A DNA stretch of 64,000 nucleotides from Candidatus Brocadiia bacterium (GTDB lineage: Bacteria; Planctomycetota; Brocadiia; SM23-32): assembly GCA_046538485.1 (NCBI GenBank), contig JBKHIT010000003.1, positions 1 to 64,000 on the forward strand, written 5' to 3'. Position numbers and translations under genes: made by a program. Shown in pieces: positions 50,692 through 61,166 of this stretch. The notes under the pieces were generated by a model. That model was not told where the DNA came from and searched no databases. It was given only the letters and a program-made list of their open reading frames with translations. Every line of letters starts with the position of its first letter. Within the stretch, counting starts at the first letter, position 1.

Positions 50692-51165
50692 GTGAAATAT
50701 TGCCCGAAATGCGGAGAGGTTTATCCTGATTCTGCCAGTTTTTGCAAAAGATGCGGCGCGGAACTTGAAGAAGACGGAGGTGTTTTCAGGACCGAACCGG
50801 ACGAGGAAGAAGAAACAATAGCGCTCTGGCAAAGAGGTTTGATTTATTTTTTTGAACTCTTCCCTGGCCTGGCGCGTCCGACCGTTATCCTGGCTGCGGC
50901 GGCCACTTTTGTCCTGGCGGCGGTGGCCATCAGCCTGGGTTTCTTTCTATTGACCCTGCACGTCATATTTGCCTCCTTTGCCATAGGGGCCGGAGGTGTA
51001 ATGCTGTATTGGACGGCTTTGAGCTGGTTGCTATACGGCTATATTTGCCTGCCCGTTGAGGCAATGTCCGAATTCGAGGGTAAACATTGGACCGTTCTTT
51101 TCCTGGCTTCGATACTTCCGGTGACGGCTTTCTTCTGGTATGCAAAAACACAATTGGGGCAGTAG
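50692..51165 (+). CDS. Zinc-ribbon domain membrane protein
   Basis: CPKCG...FCKRCG at the N-terminus, then 3 hydrophobic segments. Confidence 0.7.
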   Translation: MKYCPKCGEVYPDSASFCKRCGAELEEDGGVFRTEPDEEEETIALWQRGLIYFFELFPGLARPTVILAAAATFVLAAVAISLGFFLLTLHVIFASFAIGAGGVMLYWTALSWLLYGYICLPVEAMSEFEGKHWTVLFLASILPVTAFFWYAKTQLGQ

Positions 51166-51230
51166 GTTCTGCCATAAAATAAGCGCGCCTTTCGTGTGAA
51201 AGACGCGCTGAAGTAATGTTGCCCAAATTT

Positions 51231-51608
51231 TTATTCTGATTTCAGGTTGTCAAAATCGATCACGTTTCCCTGGTTCTGAAGATTCATTTCGCCGGGACGT
51301 ACGATTTTGTTTGAGGATTTTTGGCGGGCCTTTTGTAATTCTTGCTGAACTTGCTGGCGCATTTCCTCAATTTTAGGCTCGGCTTCATCGGCGAATTTGT
51401 TAAATGCTTCTTCGATTGAGCTCGCTTTGATTTCGAAACTAACAGGCAGTTGTTGGACGCCGACAGGGGTTTGCATTCCGAGGGCAACTTGGCCGACAAA
51501 CCGCGAATCACTTTCTTCATCAACAGGCTCCATCATTTCAATCCGTTTGACCGGGAATTTGTTATCTTCTTCGTCTTCTTTCACATATTCTTGACGTTTA
51601 TAGATCAT
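51231..51608 (-). CDS. Hypothetical cytoplasmic protein
   Basis: Protein-like composition: 'RFVGQ..MQTPVG..LPVSFEI.A.SIEEAF.KF', coiled coil, 'IVRPG'; start uncertain. Confidence 0.65.
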   Translation of the reverse strand: MIYKRQEYVKEDEEDNKFPVKRIEMMEPVDEESDSRFVGQVALGMQTPVGVQQLPVSFEIKASSIEEAFNKFADEAEPKIEEMRQQVQQELQKARQKSSNKIVRPGEMNLQNQGNVIDFDNLKSE

Positions 51609-51967
51609 GCCATGCCTTTGTTCCAAAAAGAAGAACTTGTCCGAAAACTAGACCATCGACTTTTGCTGACCAAAGATGTGCACGTTGCTCGTTAAAAGGA
51701 TTGATTTTACGAGTAAAAGAAATCCAACCACTCGCATCGATGCAAGGGGTCACTGAGTAGAGGAAGAGAGTTAAGCTACTTTGATGCCACCTGATCTATT
51801 TTACTCTATCGGCCGAAAGATTTAAAACGTAATGCGGTTTTGTTGCGGCCGAGAAAATCTGTGCGTCCATTCCGCTTGTTGCAAAGACAAGGTTTCATTC
51901 GGTATAGTGGATAATTGATTTGTGTTTGCTGTACGCACCGCTGCAAGTATTTCAAAAGGCGGCACTT

Positions 51968-52957
51968 ATGGATTCGTCGGATGTGAAAAAATCCCACCTG
52001 GAGAGCCCTCATGTGAGCATTGTTATCCCTGTGTACAACGAAGAGGGTAATATCGCGGAAGTCAGCGCTGAGATTGTTGAGGTTTTGGGACAACAGGAGT
52101 GGAGTTACGAACTGATCATAGTCGATGATGGCAGTACGGACGCGACTCTTGTCGAGGCGCAGAGGGTAGTGGCAGATCACGAGAGAGCGTGCGTAATCGA
52201 ACTGAGGAGAAATTACGGCAAATCCGCGGCGCTGAACGCCGGTTTCGACCATGCCTGCGGCGAAGTGGTGGTTACGATGGACGGGGATGGTCAGAACGAT
52301 CCCCGGGATATCCCGAAACTTGTTGACCAGTTGGGGGACGGATACGATGTCGTCAGCGGCTGGCGTCAGCACAGAAAAGAAAGATTCTGGCGGCTTATAC
52401 CGAGCCATATGGCAAATCGTCTAATCGGCTGGATAACCGAAGTTCATTTGCATGACTACGGGTGTTGTCTGAAAGCCTATCGTGCGTCTGTTTTGGAGGA
52501 TGTTCGCCTGTACGGGGAGATGCATCGGTTCGTCCCGGCTCTTGTCAGGTGGGTTGGCGGGGAAGTGACCGAACGACCGGTGAACGACCGTGCTCGGCAC
52601 GCGGGGAAGAGCAAATTTGACGGCATGGGACGCACGGTTGAAGTGCTGCTCGATCTTACTACCGTGAAGTTCATGATGCATTATCTTACCAAACCGCTGT
52701 ATTTTTTTGGTCGAATAGGCTTGCTCCTCATGTTTATGGCGTTTACGGTGCTGGGAGTTTTGATCTGGTTGAAGCTTGGGTACAGGATTAACATGACGGG
52801 AAACCCGCTGCTCTATTTGAGTATCACGTTTCTAATCATCAGTGTACAGATCTTCTTGATGGGGCTTATCATGGAGGTGTTAACGAGGACGTACCATGAG
52901 TCGCAAGGCCGTAAAATGTACGCTGTCAGGGAGGTTCATGGAGAGAAGGATGAATAG
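51968..52957 (+). CDS. GT2 polyprenol-phosphate glycosyltransferase (ArnC/DPM-like)
   Basis: SIVIPVYNEE, VDDGSTD, RNYGKSAAL, MDGDGQNDP, HRFVP, two C-terminal TMs. Confidence 0.9.
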   Translation: MDSSDVKKSHLESPHVSIVIPVYNEEGNIAEVSAEIVEVLGQQEWSYELIIVDDGSTDATLVEAQRVVADHERACVIELRRNYGKSAALNAGFDHACGEVVVTMDGDGQNDPRDIPKLVDQLGDGYDVVSGWRQHRKERFWRLIPSHMANRLIGWITEVHLHDYGCCLKAYRASVLEDVRLYGEMHRFVPALVRWVGGEVTERPVNDRARHAGKSKFDGMGRTVEVLLDLTTVKFMMHYLTKPLYFFGRIGLLLMFMAFTVLGVLIWLKLGYRINMTGNPLLYLSITFLIISVQIFLMGLIMEVLTRTYHESQGRKMYAVREVHGEKDE

Positions 52958-52993
52958 AGGCGATTTTCGGTTTTTGGGTCGATTGATTAGCTT

Positions 52994-54163
52994 ATGAACA
53001 TTTTGATTGTGAATTACGAATTCCCTCCCGTTGGCGGGGGAGGAGGGCGAGCTGTTTACAAACTTGCCAGGCAGTGGGCGCGGACGGATAGCGTGGATTA
53101 CGTAACATTGCGGGCGGGAGATTTGAAGTCACGTGAGAATGTCGACGGCATACGATTGCATCGGGTGAGTTCTTTAGGCCGGGAAGATTTGAATGCTGCT
53201 CCTATTCGTTCGCTTCTATGGTACCCGGTAAGCGGCCTGCTACGAGGAATGGAACTGTTGAGTCGGCAAAGATATGACGTCATAAACAGTCATTTTGCTG
53301 TTCCTTCTGGATTGTTGGGCACGTTTCTTTCCGCCATTTGCGGTATCCCCCATGTAGCGTCGATCCACGGCATAGATATCTATGATCCTTCCCGCTGGAT
53401 ATCGCCACACGTTTGTTTTCCAGTCGGAATGGTGGTTCGCTGGGTCCTCCACCGGGCGAACCGAGTGATTGCTCAATCGACAGATACCGCCCAAAATGCT
53501 CAAAAGTATTACGGTAAAGATCTGGCACGAAAAATGGAGATTGTTCCTCTTGCTTTTGATCCAAAGGAACCCGAAAAGCTGGCGGGTGGAAGTTCGGCAA
53601 AACTGGAGGAAATGGGTTTAAGTTCGGATTCAGTTTGTTTGATTGGCGTGGGACGATTGGTGAAACGGAAGGGATTTGCCAATCTTATCCGTTCACTGCC
53701 TGAGTTGCCTGATCAAGTGCAGTTGTTAATCGTTGGTAACGGCCCCCAAAAGGAGGAACTGGTGCGTATTCGGACTTCCCTTGGTTTGGAAAAGCGTGTA
53801 GTGTTGGCCGATCACCTGACAGACAGGGATAAGTACCGATTTTTGAGGGCAGCGGATATATTTGTTTTGCCTTCTGAACACGAGGGTTTTGGCATAGTGT
53901 TGCAGGAAGCGATGTCGGTAGGATTGCCCATAGTTGCGACATCACACGGCGGGCAGACAGATCTCCTTGAAGATGGACTGAACGCCATCCTGATTGATTC
54001 AAGTGAGCCGAAATGCATTGCTGAAGGGATAATGCGATTGATAGAGAATCGTCAGCTCCGACGCCGAATGTCGAAAGCGAATCTCCAGCATATTCGCGAT
54101 TTTAACCCGCCTACAATAGCTTCGCGTTATATAAACATTTTTAGAGAAAACGTAAAAATTTGA
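52994..54163 (+). CDS. GT4 glycosyltransferase
   Basis: NYEFPPVGGGGG, GRLVKRKG, EGFGIVLQEAM. Confidence 0.9.
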   Translation: MNILIVNYEFPPVGGGGGRAVYKLARQWARTDSVDYVTLRAGDLKSRENVDGIRLHRVSSLGREDLNAAPIRSLLWYPVSGLLRGMELLSRQRYDVINSHFAVPSGLLGTFLSAICGIPHVASIHGIDIYDPSRWISPHVCFPVGMVVRWVLHRANRVIAQSTDTAQNAQKYYGKDLARKMEIVPLAFDPKEPEKLAGGSSAKLEEMGLSSDSVCLIGVGRLVKRKGFANLIRSLPELPDQVQLLIVGNGPQKEELVRIRTSLGLEKRVVLADHLTDRDKYRFLRAADIFVLPSEHEGFGIVLQEAMSVGLPIVATSHGGQTDLLEDGLNAILIDSSEPKCIAEGIMRLIENRQLRRRMSKANLQHIRDFNPPTIASRYINIFRENVKI

Positions 54164-54425
54164 CTTCTGCCGGGAATTAAGCTCGATCTTATCAGATTAC
54201 CTCTGCTTGATATGAGATTGTGAAAGCTCAAATAGGAGTAGGGCTTCAATATTTTGATTTTCATGCCGTGGTCGACCAGAATGGCGCGTAAAGGTCGCTG
54301 ACTGGACAGACCACGCGCAGAATGATATGAGGGGTTTAAAACCCGAGTGTAATACTATGTATGAAGGACTTGGAAAACCCAATCGACTGGAGTGGAAATC
54401 CTGTTTTGTTGGGAGTAAACGGGAT

Positions 54426-55763
54426 ATGAAACGCGTACTGATGATCGTATACTATTATCCGCCATGGGGCGGAGCGGGTGTGCAGCGAACGGTGAAGTTT
54501 GCGAAATATCTTCCCTCCTTTGGATGGGAGCCTGTTGTCGTGACGCCAGAACGGCCTCTCTGCACTCTGCCGGTGAAGGACGAGACGCTTTGCGAGGAAG
54601 TTGCTGATGTCAAAGCGTATTACACCCCGACCCTGGAGCCATCGGACATATATCGCCTGTTCCCGCGAGCCGAGAGCGGGGGAAGCGGGGAGGATGAAAG
54701 CTCATCTGGATCGCGGCTGAAAAGATATTTGGCAAAAGGTATTGGTCTCAGTGCGAAGAAAATGGTAAAGAGGCTGTTTTATTCCATTTGCATCCCTGAT
54801 TCGCAGGCCATGTGGTATTTTCTCTCGCGGAACCGGGCCGTGCAGATTGCACGCGAGAATCATGTGGATGCCATCTATTCCAGTTCACCAAAGCCGACAG
54901 TAAATTTGTTGGCGGCGTACGTGAGAAAAAAGACCAAATTACCGTGGCTGGCAGATTTCCGGGATCCCTGGGATTATCAGAAGTCTATGCTCCCGGGTTT
55001 GCGGTGTCTTGACCGGAATTTAGAAAGGACAACGCTTGAAAATGCATCGCACGTATGTGTGGTGCGGAAAAGTCACAAGGAAAGAATGGTTCAAAACTTA
55101 CCATATCTGTTTTCTGACGATGTAACCGTCATCAGGAATGGGTACGATGAAGAGGATTTAGCCTCTGCCGGTACCAGGCAATTTTCTAAATTTACGATCG
55201 TATATGCGGGCGAATTTTACGATGCTCGGTTGCCCGGCCCCCTTTTAAAAGCTGTAAGGAAGCTTCGGAATGATTTCCCTGATATCGGCCGAGATCTCCA
55301 ATTGAAAGTTGTTGGTGAACCAGATCGGCAACTCTTCCGTTTGTGCAAAAAATACGAAGTATCCGATTGTGTCGCACACGAAGGATATAAGACACACGAG
55401 GTCGCATTGTCTTACATGAAAGGTGCTCATCTGTTGTACCTTGATACGATGGGCAATTGCGTTCCGGGGAAAACGTACGAGTATCTTGCGGCCGGGCCAC
55501 CCATTCTTGCTCTTCTCAAAGAAAATACAGAGGTCGCTCAAATGATCCGTGAGGCGGATGCCGGAACTGTGGTGGACCCGAGTGACACCTCTCGCGCATC
55601 AGAAACCATTGCGAGATACTACAGACGTTACAACGCTGGCGAATTGAAAAATAACAGCCGAAAGAATCCGCGAATTAGCCGCTACGAACGGCGTAACCAG
55701 ACACAACGTCTGGCAGGCCTTATGGATCAAATAATCGGAATGCCTGTGCGTGACTCGAAGTGA
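54426..55763 (+). CDS. GT4-like glycosyltransferase
   Basis: YYYPPWGGAGVQR, DFRDPW, NGYD, PGKTYEYL. Confidence 0.85.
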   Translation: MKRVLMIVYYYPPWGGAGVQRTVKFAKYLPSFGWEPVVVTPERPLCTLPVKDETLCEEVADVKAYYTPTLEPSDIYRLFPRAESGGSGEDESSSGSRLKRYLAKGIGLSAKKMVKRLFYSICIPDSQAMWYFLSRNRAVQIARENHVDAIYSSSPKPTVNLLAAYVRKKTKLPWLADFRDPWDYQKSMLPGLRCLDRNLERTTLENASHVCVVRKSHKERMVQNLPYLFSDDVTVIRNGYDEEDLASAGTRQFSKFTIVYAGEFYDARLPGPLLKAVRKLRNDFPDIGRDLQLKVVGEPDRQLFRLCKKYEVSDCVAHEGYKTHEVALSYMKGAHLLYLDTMGNCVPGKTYEYLAAGPPILALLKENTEVAQMIREADAGTVVDPSDTSRASETIARYYRRYNAGELKNNSRKNPRISRYERRNQTQRLAGLMDQIIGMPVRDSK

Positions 55764-55764
55764 G

Positions 55765-56874
55765 CTATTCGCAACTTTTCCTCTCGAGTTCCTTGCAAGC
55801 TTTGTCATACAGTCTGGCGGTCCGCTGCCAGGTCAATTTCTCCGCGCCTCCTCGGGCAGCTTTTCCGTAGCGGCCGCGAAGCTCAGAATCCTGAATGAGT
55901 TTCCGCACGGCCTGCGCGAGAGAGTTTACGTCCCGCGGTTCCACCAGCAGGCCCGTCCGCCCGTTGATAACCGCGTCTTTCAGCCCTGTTATGTCATAGC
56001 CCACAACGGGTTTCCCACATGCAGCGGCTTCCAGCGCGACCTGACCCCAGCCCTCTCGTCTCGAGGGCATGCAGACAAGAATACAGTTCTGAAGCAAACG
56101 AACCTTTTTTTCGCCTTCAACCCAGCCCGGAAAGTCGACCCATTGCTCAATCCCTGCCCGATGAATAAGCTTTTTGAGCTCACGTTCGTCGGGGCCCGTT
56201 CCCCCAATAACAAGGCGAATATCAGGAAAATCTTTCTTTACACGCGCAAATGCTTCGACCAGATGGTTAAGCCCTTTATGGTCGATGTCAATTCTGCCGA
56301 GGTACAAAATGTAGTTTTCGTGGCCTTCCTGGCATTCGAACCGAGAAATATCAATCCCGGGCGGAATAACTTTGATTGCGGGGAAGAAAGGGCACCGCTT
56401 TCTAATATTGGATGCCAAGCTGGATGAAAGGGCAATGCCGCCTTGAAAGTGCCTGAGGTTGTGTTTGAGGCGCGCTCTCAGCAAAGGCGCGGCCCGTGGA
56501 TGCTTTTCCAGTGCCTCGAACGGATCCAAACGAAAGTCCGCGATCGCCGGCTTGCGGGATACGCACGGGGCAAACGTGGGACTGAACGCGCTGATGGTCT
56601 CAACGAGAATATCATACGAGCCCTGACTGACGCGTTCCAGAGACCTCAGGCAGTATCCCAGCCGGCTGCAGAGTTTTCCAGGAAGGCGATACCCGTGGCG
56701 GTATTGCACGCCATTGACCGTGCTGCGCACCGGCCCGCCCGGCCAGCCTGGCGTCACCACTTCGATTTCGTGATTCTCTTTGAGTCCGGAGCAGAGACGA
56801 TTGATCTGATAGGCTTCCCCACCCCCAAACCAGGGGTTATCGGCATGATCGGAACTGAGGAACAGTATTTTCAT
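55765..56874 (-). CDS. GT4 glycosyltransferase
   Basis: GGGE, YLGR...KG, EGWGQVALEAAACGKPVV; converges on the previous gene with a 1-bp gap. Confidence 0.9.
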   Translation of the reverse strand: MKILFLSSDHADNPWFGGGEAYQINRLCSGLKENHEIEVVTPGWPGGPVRSTVNGVQYRHGYRLPGKLCSRLGYCLRSLERVSQGSYDILVETISAFSPTFAPCVSRKPAIADFRLDPFEALEKHPRAAPLLRARLKHNLRHFQGGIALSSSLASNIRKRCPFFPAIKVIPPGIDISRFECQEGHENYILYLGRIDIDHKGLNHLVEAFARVKKDFPDIRLVIGGTGPDERELKKLIHRAGIEQWVDFPGWVEGEKKVRLLQNCILVCMPSRREGWGQVALEAAACGKPVVGYDITGLKDAVINGRTGLLVEPRDVNSLAQAVRKLIQDSELRGRYGKAARGGAEKLTWQRTARLYDKACKELERKSCE

Positions 56875-57171
56875 GGGGTTTTTCCCAATGGCCCCTGATT
56901 AAATTGTGCCGCAAAAAGAGCTTAACCGTCCTATCTCGACATTGATAGCATACTTTAAGCGCCTCACGTTGGGCAAATAGACGCACTGGGCCGCCGAAAA
57001 AACTCTTCTCGAATCAATGCAAAGACGAAATCATCCGGCCATATTGCCAACACATCCGCACGAACTTTTACTCGACTCAGAAAAGCATGTGCATTATTGT
57101 GTTGGAAAGTTCACATTACCTGCACGGACGTTACTTGTCGCGGTATCTCCTTTTCGCAAGAGGCTTTTGCA

Positions 57172-58575
57172 ATGGTGCATCAGGACGAATCGGCGGATTG
57201 CCAGACCCAGGTGCAGGAACCGAATGATCCGCATGACGAAAATCCATGGGGCGGGAAAGAGTTCGGTCTTGCGGTTCTGCTGTTTGCGTTTGTCTTCGCT
57301 CAGCGTGGGATCCAGGGACAGAATGATCTCTCCCGTTTCGTCGCCATCGATAGTCTCGTCAATCGCGGGACCTGGCAGATCGAGGGGTCTGCCTGGGCCG
57401 AAAAGCGTCAAACCCGGGACGGGCGCAGCTACATGCTGATGAACGATGTGGTCAAACATCCGCATAACGGTCACCTGTATTCCAGCAAACCTCCGGTCCT
57501 GAGTTTCATGGCGGCGGGAATACTGCGAATATTTCAATGGGTCGGAGCGCAGTTCCATTTTCAAAGACCATACGATGCCAAACCGACGTTCCTGTTGACG
57601 TGGTTGGTTGTTGGTAGCCTGGTCGCACTGGCATTCTACGGGATGCGCCGGGAAGCTGGCCGCTTGCTCCCATCCCGAACCGCCAACCTGGCGACAGTGT
57701 TGGCTCTGGGAGGCACGCTTTTTCTGGCATATTCCACGACATTCAACAATCATACCGTCGCGGCCACTTTGATCCTGACGGCATTTTTCGGGCTGGGTAT
57801 GGCCGAAGGCAACAAAGAACCCCCGCCGCTGTCGGTTCTGGGCGCCGGGTTCTGTATGGGGTGGGCTCTGGTGATTGATATCCCCGCTGGCGGGGCTTTT
57901 GGCCTGGCCTTCGGCCTCTACATCATTTTTCACCTGCGTTCGATCGGCAAGCTGAGCCTGTTCGGAATCGGCGCATTGCCGGCGTTTCTGCTTCACTGCG
58001 GAATTCAATACCCCATTTGGGAAAGCATCCTGCCGGTTCAAGTTATGGACAATCTCGGCCACCTGGAGGGCAGTTATTGGCAAAATCCCGTCGGACCGGA
58101 TACCTGGAATATTCCCCGCTGGAAATACTGGCTCCTCACGCTGTTCAGCATGCGCGGACTTTTCACCCTCAGCCCGGTCCTGCTTTTTGGGGCCGCCGGC
58201 CTGGCCGATAATATGCGTAACGGAGAGGCAGAAACGCTAAAAGGAACAAGAGGCCAGAAGATTGCGGCCCTTGCGGTTGGGTTTGGAGTATTGGTCAACA
58301 TCATTTATTACAGTTTGGAAGCACCGACCAATTTTGGCGGATCCTGTTTTGGATTCCGATGGTACATTGGATTTACGCCCCTGCTATCCTGGTATGCAAT
58401 ATCTTATTTTGCGTCGCACCGCGATGACGAGCGTGTGCGTCGATTGTTCTACATTCTGGGCCTGATTTCCGTAACCTATGCGCTCATCGGCATGCAAGAC
58501 CCCTGGCAATTGATGGAAAATAATGCTCATCCCGCTGTCCGAATATTATTACTGCTGCGGGGATTCGCAGGCTGA
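57172..58575 (+). CDS. Multi-TM GT-C-like membrane protein (paralog 1)
   Basis: GQNDLSRF luminal acidic motif, YSSKPP, YSTTFNNH, GLFTLSP, GGSCFGFRWY. Confidence 0.6.
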   Translation: MVHQDESADCQTQVQEPNDPHDENPWGGKEFGLAVLLFAFVFAQRGIQGQNDLSRFVAIDSLVNRGTWQIEGSAWAEKRQTRDGRSYMLMNDVVKHPHNGHLYSSKPPVLSFMAAGILRIFQWVGAQFHFQRPYDAKPTFLLTWLVVGSLVALAFYGMRREAGRLLPSRTANLATVLALGGTLFLAYSTTFNNHTVAATLILTAFFGLGMAEGNKEPPPLSVLGAGFCMGWALVIDIPAGGAFGLAFGLYIIFHLRSIGKLSLFGIGALPAFLLHCGIQYPIWESILPVQVMDNLGHLEGSYWQNPVGPDTWNIPRWKYWLLTLFSMRGLFTLSPVLLFGAAGLADNMRNGEAETLKGTRGQKIAALAVGFGVLVNIIYYSLEAPTNFGGSCFGFRWYIGFTPLLSWYAISYFASHRDDERVRRLFYILGLISVTYALIGMQDPWQLMENNAHPAVRILLLLRGFAG

Positions 58576-58644
58576 GATTTGAATAGAAAAAGTTATCAAA
58601 ACCAATTCGTGATACATTAATGCGGTCGAGGATTTGGGGATAAA

Positions 58645-60018
58645 ATGAGAACAAATGGCAAGGAAGAAAGTCGGGGAGTTGAGATCGAGCATGCCCGCCG
58701 GCTTGCCCTGTTCGTCTTGCTATTCCTCTTCGTCTTCACTCACCGAGGCATTTTAGGCCAAAATGACCTCAGCCGTTTTGTAGCCGTTGATAGCATAGTT
58801 AACAGGGGCGTTTTCTATATCGATGACTCCAGATATCTGCAGCAGTCATCGGAAATGGGAAAAGACGGGTCTCTTTTTTTGCACAACATCGCATACAATC
58901 GACAAAATAGCCATTGGTATACCACAAAGTCACCTGTCCTCACGGTTTTGCTGGCCGGAGTGCTTAATATTTTTCGCCTGCTCGGTGCCGAGTTCAGTTT
59001 TCAAGGACATCGGGCAGCGATACCAACATTTGTTTTGACCTGGCTTCTCATCGGTTCTTTAACGAGCCTGGCGGTCTATTTTTTCCGAAGAAACGTTACC
59101 CCTTGGGTTGCCGGCCTCGAAGCGGATCTCGTGGTGGTTTTAACCCTCGGCGGTACCATTTATTTGTCGTATTCAACAACGATGAACCATCATACTTTCG
59201 CGGCGTCTCTTATTTTGATTTCCTTTTTCATTTTGCGTATGCCGGAAGCTTGTGTGGATATTCCGCCGGCCCGGGCGGCCACTGCGGGCCTGCTTATGAG
59301 TCTGGCGACGGTTGTCGGTTGGGCGGACGGTTTAGCTTTTTCACTGGCTTTTGGTCTTTATCTGATTTTTTATGTCCGTTCCTGTCGGTCAATTGCCGCG
59401 TATTGCCTTGGGGCAATTCCGCTGCTGGCGCTTCATTGCGCCCTCCAATACCCGATATGGCGTAATGTTGTTCCATTCGAACTGATTGGGGCCACCGACT
59501 ATCATGCAGGGCCGTATTTGAAACTTTCCTTGCGACAGTTCACCTGGGCGATCCCGCGTTACAAATACTGGTTGCTGACTTTGATCAGTACCCAGGGACT
59601 CTTTGTCTTGAGTCCAATTGTTCTGATTGGTGTGGCGGGGATAGGTGACGCTGTCCGGGGATCCTGGCATGGTTGGCGAGGGGGGGAACGTTCAGATGCT
59701 TCTCGCGGCCATGTCGCACTGACCGTTGTTTTCGGGATTATTCTTCTGGTTTCGTATTACAGTTTCTTCTCCAGTCGGGATCTGGGCGGTGCTTGTTTTG
59801 GATTCCGACAATACATCGGTTTTATTCCGTTGCTGTCCTACTACGCTGTAAGCTATTACTCACGGCACAGGGACGAAACGTATTTCCAGGCGTTTTTTTA
59901 CCTGTTTGGTATAATTTCTTTGATGTATGCCCTTATTGGCATGCAGAAACCCTGGACGCTGATGGAAAACAATATGCATCCCGCTGTTCAGGCTTTGCTA
60001 CGGATTCGGGGTTTTTGA
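58645..60018 (+). CDS. Multi-TM GT-C-like membrane protein (paralog 2)
   Basis: GQNDLSRF, YTTKSP, YSTTMNHH, GLFVLSP, GGACFGFRQY; collinear with paralog 1. Confidence 0.6.
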   Translation: MRTNGKEESRGVEIEHARRLALFVLLFLFVFTHRGILGQNDLSRFVAVDSIVNRGVFYIDDSRYLQQSSEMGKDGSLFLHNIAYNRQNSHWYTTKSPVLTVLLAGVLNIFRLLGAEFSFQGHRAAIPTFVLTWLLIGSLTSLAVYFFRRNVTPWVAGLEADLVVVLTLGGTIYLSYSTTMNHHTFAASLILISFFILRMPEACVDIPPARAATAGLLMSLATVVGWADGLAFSLAFGLYLIFYVRSCRSIAAYCLGAIPLLALHCALQYPIWRNVVPFELIGATDYHAGPYLKLSLRQFTWAIPRYKYWLLTLISTQGLFVLSPIVLIGVAGIGDAVRGSWHGWRGGERSDASRGHVALTVVFGIILLVSYYSFFSSRDLGGACFGFRQYIGFIPLLSYYAVSYYSRHRDETYFQAFFYLFGIISLMYALIGMQKPWTLMENNMHPAVQALLRIRGF

Positions 60019-60055
60019 GTGTGAGGGCACCGGGATGTTTTTTGGTGTAAGTCCA

Positions 60056-60709
60056 TCAAGTATTCTCCGCTTCTGGTTCGGAATTTTTGGCGCCAGGTCC
60101 GGGCAGCGTGGTGACGACGTTCTCGGTCTCTTCAGGGGTCCCAATGCCGGCCGTAAGGCTGGTTTTAAGAAGATCTTCGACCGACATTCCTTCGATTTCT
60201 TGGACGTTTCCTTCCCCTACGTAAACGGTGAAACCACCCAACTGATAGCTCATCGGGAGATAGACGGCAATGCGGCCTTTTTCCGCTTTTCCAACGGTTT
60301 TCTCGGGTTCTTTTTGTGTGATCAATCCGAGCATATGGACGGTATCATCGCGCAGGGAGATCCGGGCCGGGACGCCGCGTGTGCGTGCGTCCGTGCCCCC
60401 GAGGAACTGTAGCAAATCTTTGATACTTGAATAGAGACTTTTAACGAGGGGGATTCGCTCGACTATGGCTTCGCCCAGGCCGACCAGTTTTCTAAAGATC
60501 CAGTTGCGTGCGCCAAGGCCCACAAGATATATTCCGGCGAACGCGAGCACAACACCCAGTCCCGGCACCGCGGGCAGACCAGCTGCTTTCAGAGCAGAAC
60601 GAACTGAACTATCAAGCCAGACCATAGCTCGAAAACAAACGTAAATCGTCAGAACAGCGGGAGTCGTGACAATAATCCCCTGCATGAATGTCCGGAATAC
60701 CGATCGCAT
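60056..60709 (-). CDS. DUF502 family membrane protein
   Basis: RIPLVKSLYSSIKD, AVYLPMSY...G.T. Confidence 0.85.
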   Translation of the reverse strand: MRSVFRTFMQGIIVTTPAVLTIYVCFRAMVWLDSSVRSALKAAGLPAVPGLGVVLAFAGIYLVGLGARNWIFRKLVGLGEAIVERIPLVKSLYSSIKDLLQFLGGTDARTRGVPARISLRDDTVHMLGLITQKEPEKTVGKAEKGRIAVYLPMSYQLGGFTVYVGEGNVQEIEGMSVEDLLKTSLTAGIGTPEETENVVTTLPGPGAKNSEPEAENT

Positions 60710-60852
60710 GATGTGCTCCTACTTTAAAAATTAGCGTTTGCCAGGATCGCGAGATGTAAAGTGACGATTATAATCCAAACCATGTCTTTCCGTTGAGTGC
60801 ATATCCGTCTGAACTGTGCCTCAAAAAGGCTTGATCGATTGCAAAAAAAGTC

Positions 60853-60881
60853 TTGACATCGGGGAATGATTTTTGTAGTAT
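60853..60881 (+). promoter_or_regulatory. Sigma70-type promoter
   Basis: TTGACA, 17-nt spacer, TAGTAT. Confidence 0.55.
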
Positions 60882-61166
60882 TAATCGCCTTCAGGCAAAT
60901 TGATAGCGGTTGAGGTGTCTCTACAGTTACCTGAACGCTATTTTCGGGCGATTGCCTGATATTTTTTGACGGTAAAATTTGCTCGATTGCCGTACGAGAT
61001 TGACAGCTAACACCGCAACGGTGGACGCCTCCACACGCATTTTCCATCCGTTTCTAACAATTTTCCATGTGTTCGACAGTGGAGTGTATGTCCGTCGGAG
61101 TTGTTTATACAGTTGAAGTTTACCTGAGAGTTGAAAAAAAATGATCGGAAGAAGGAGGTGAAGATT

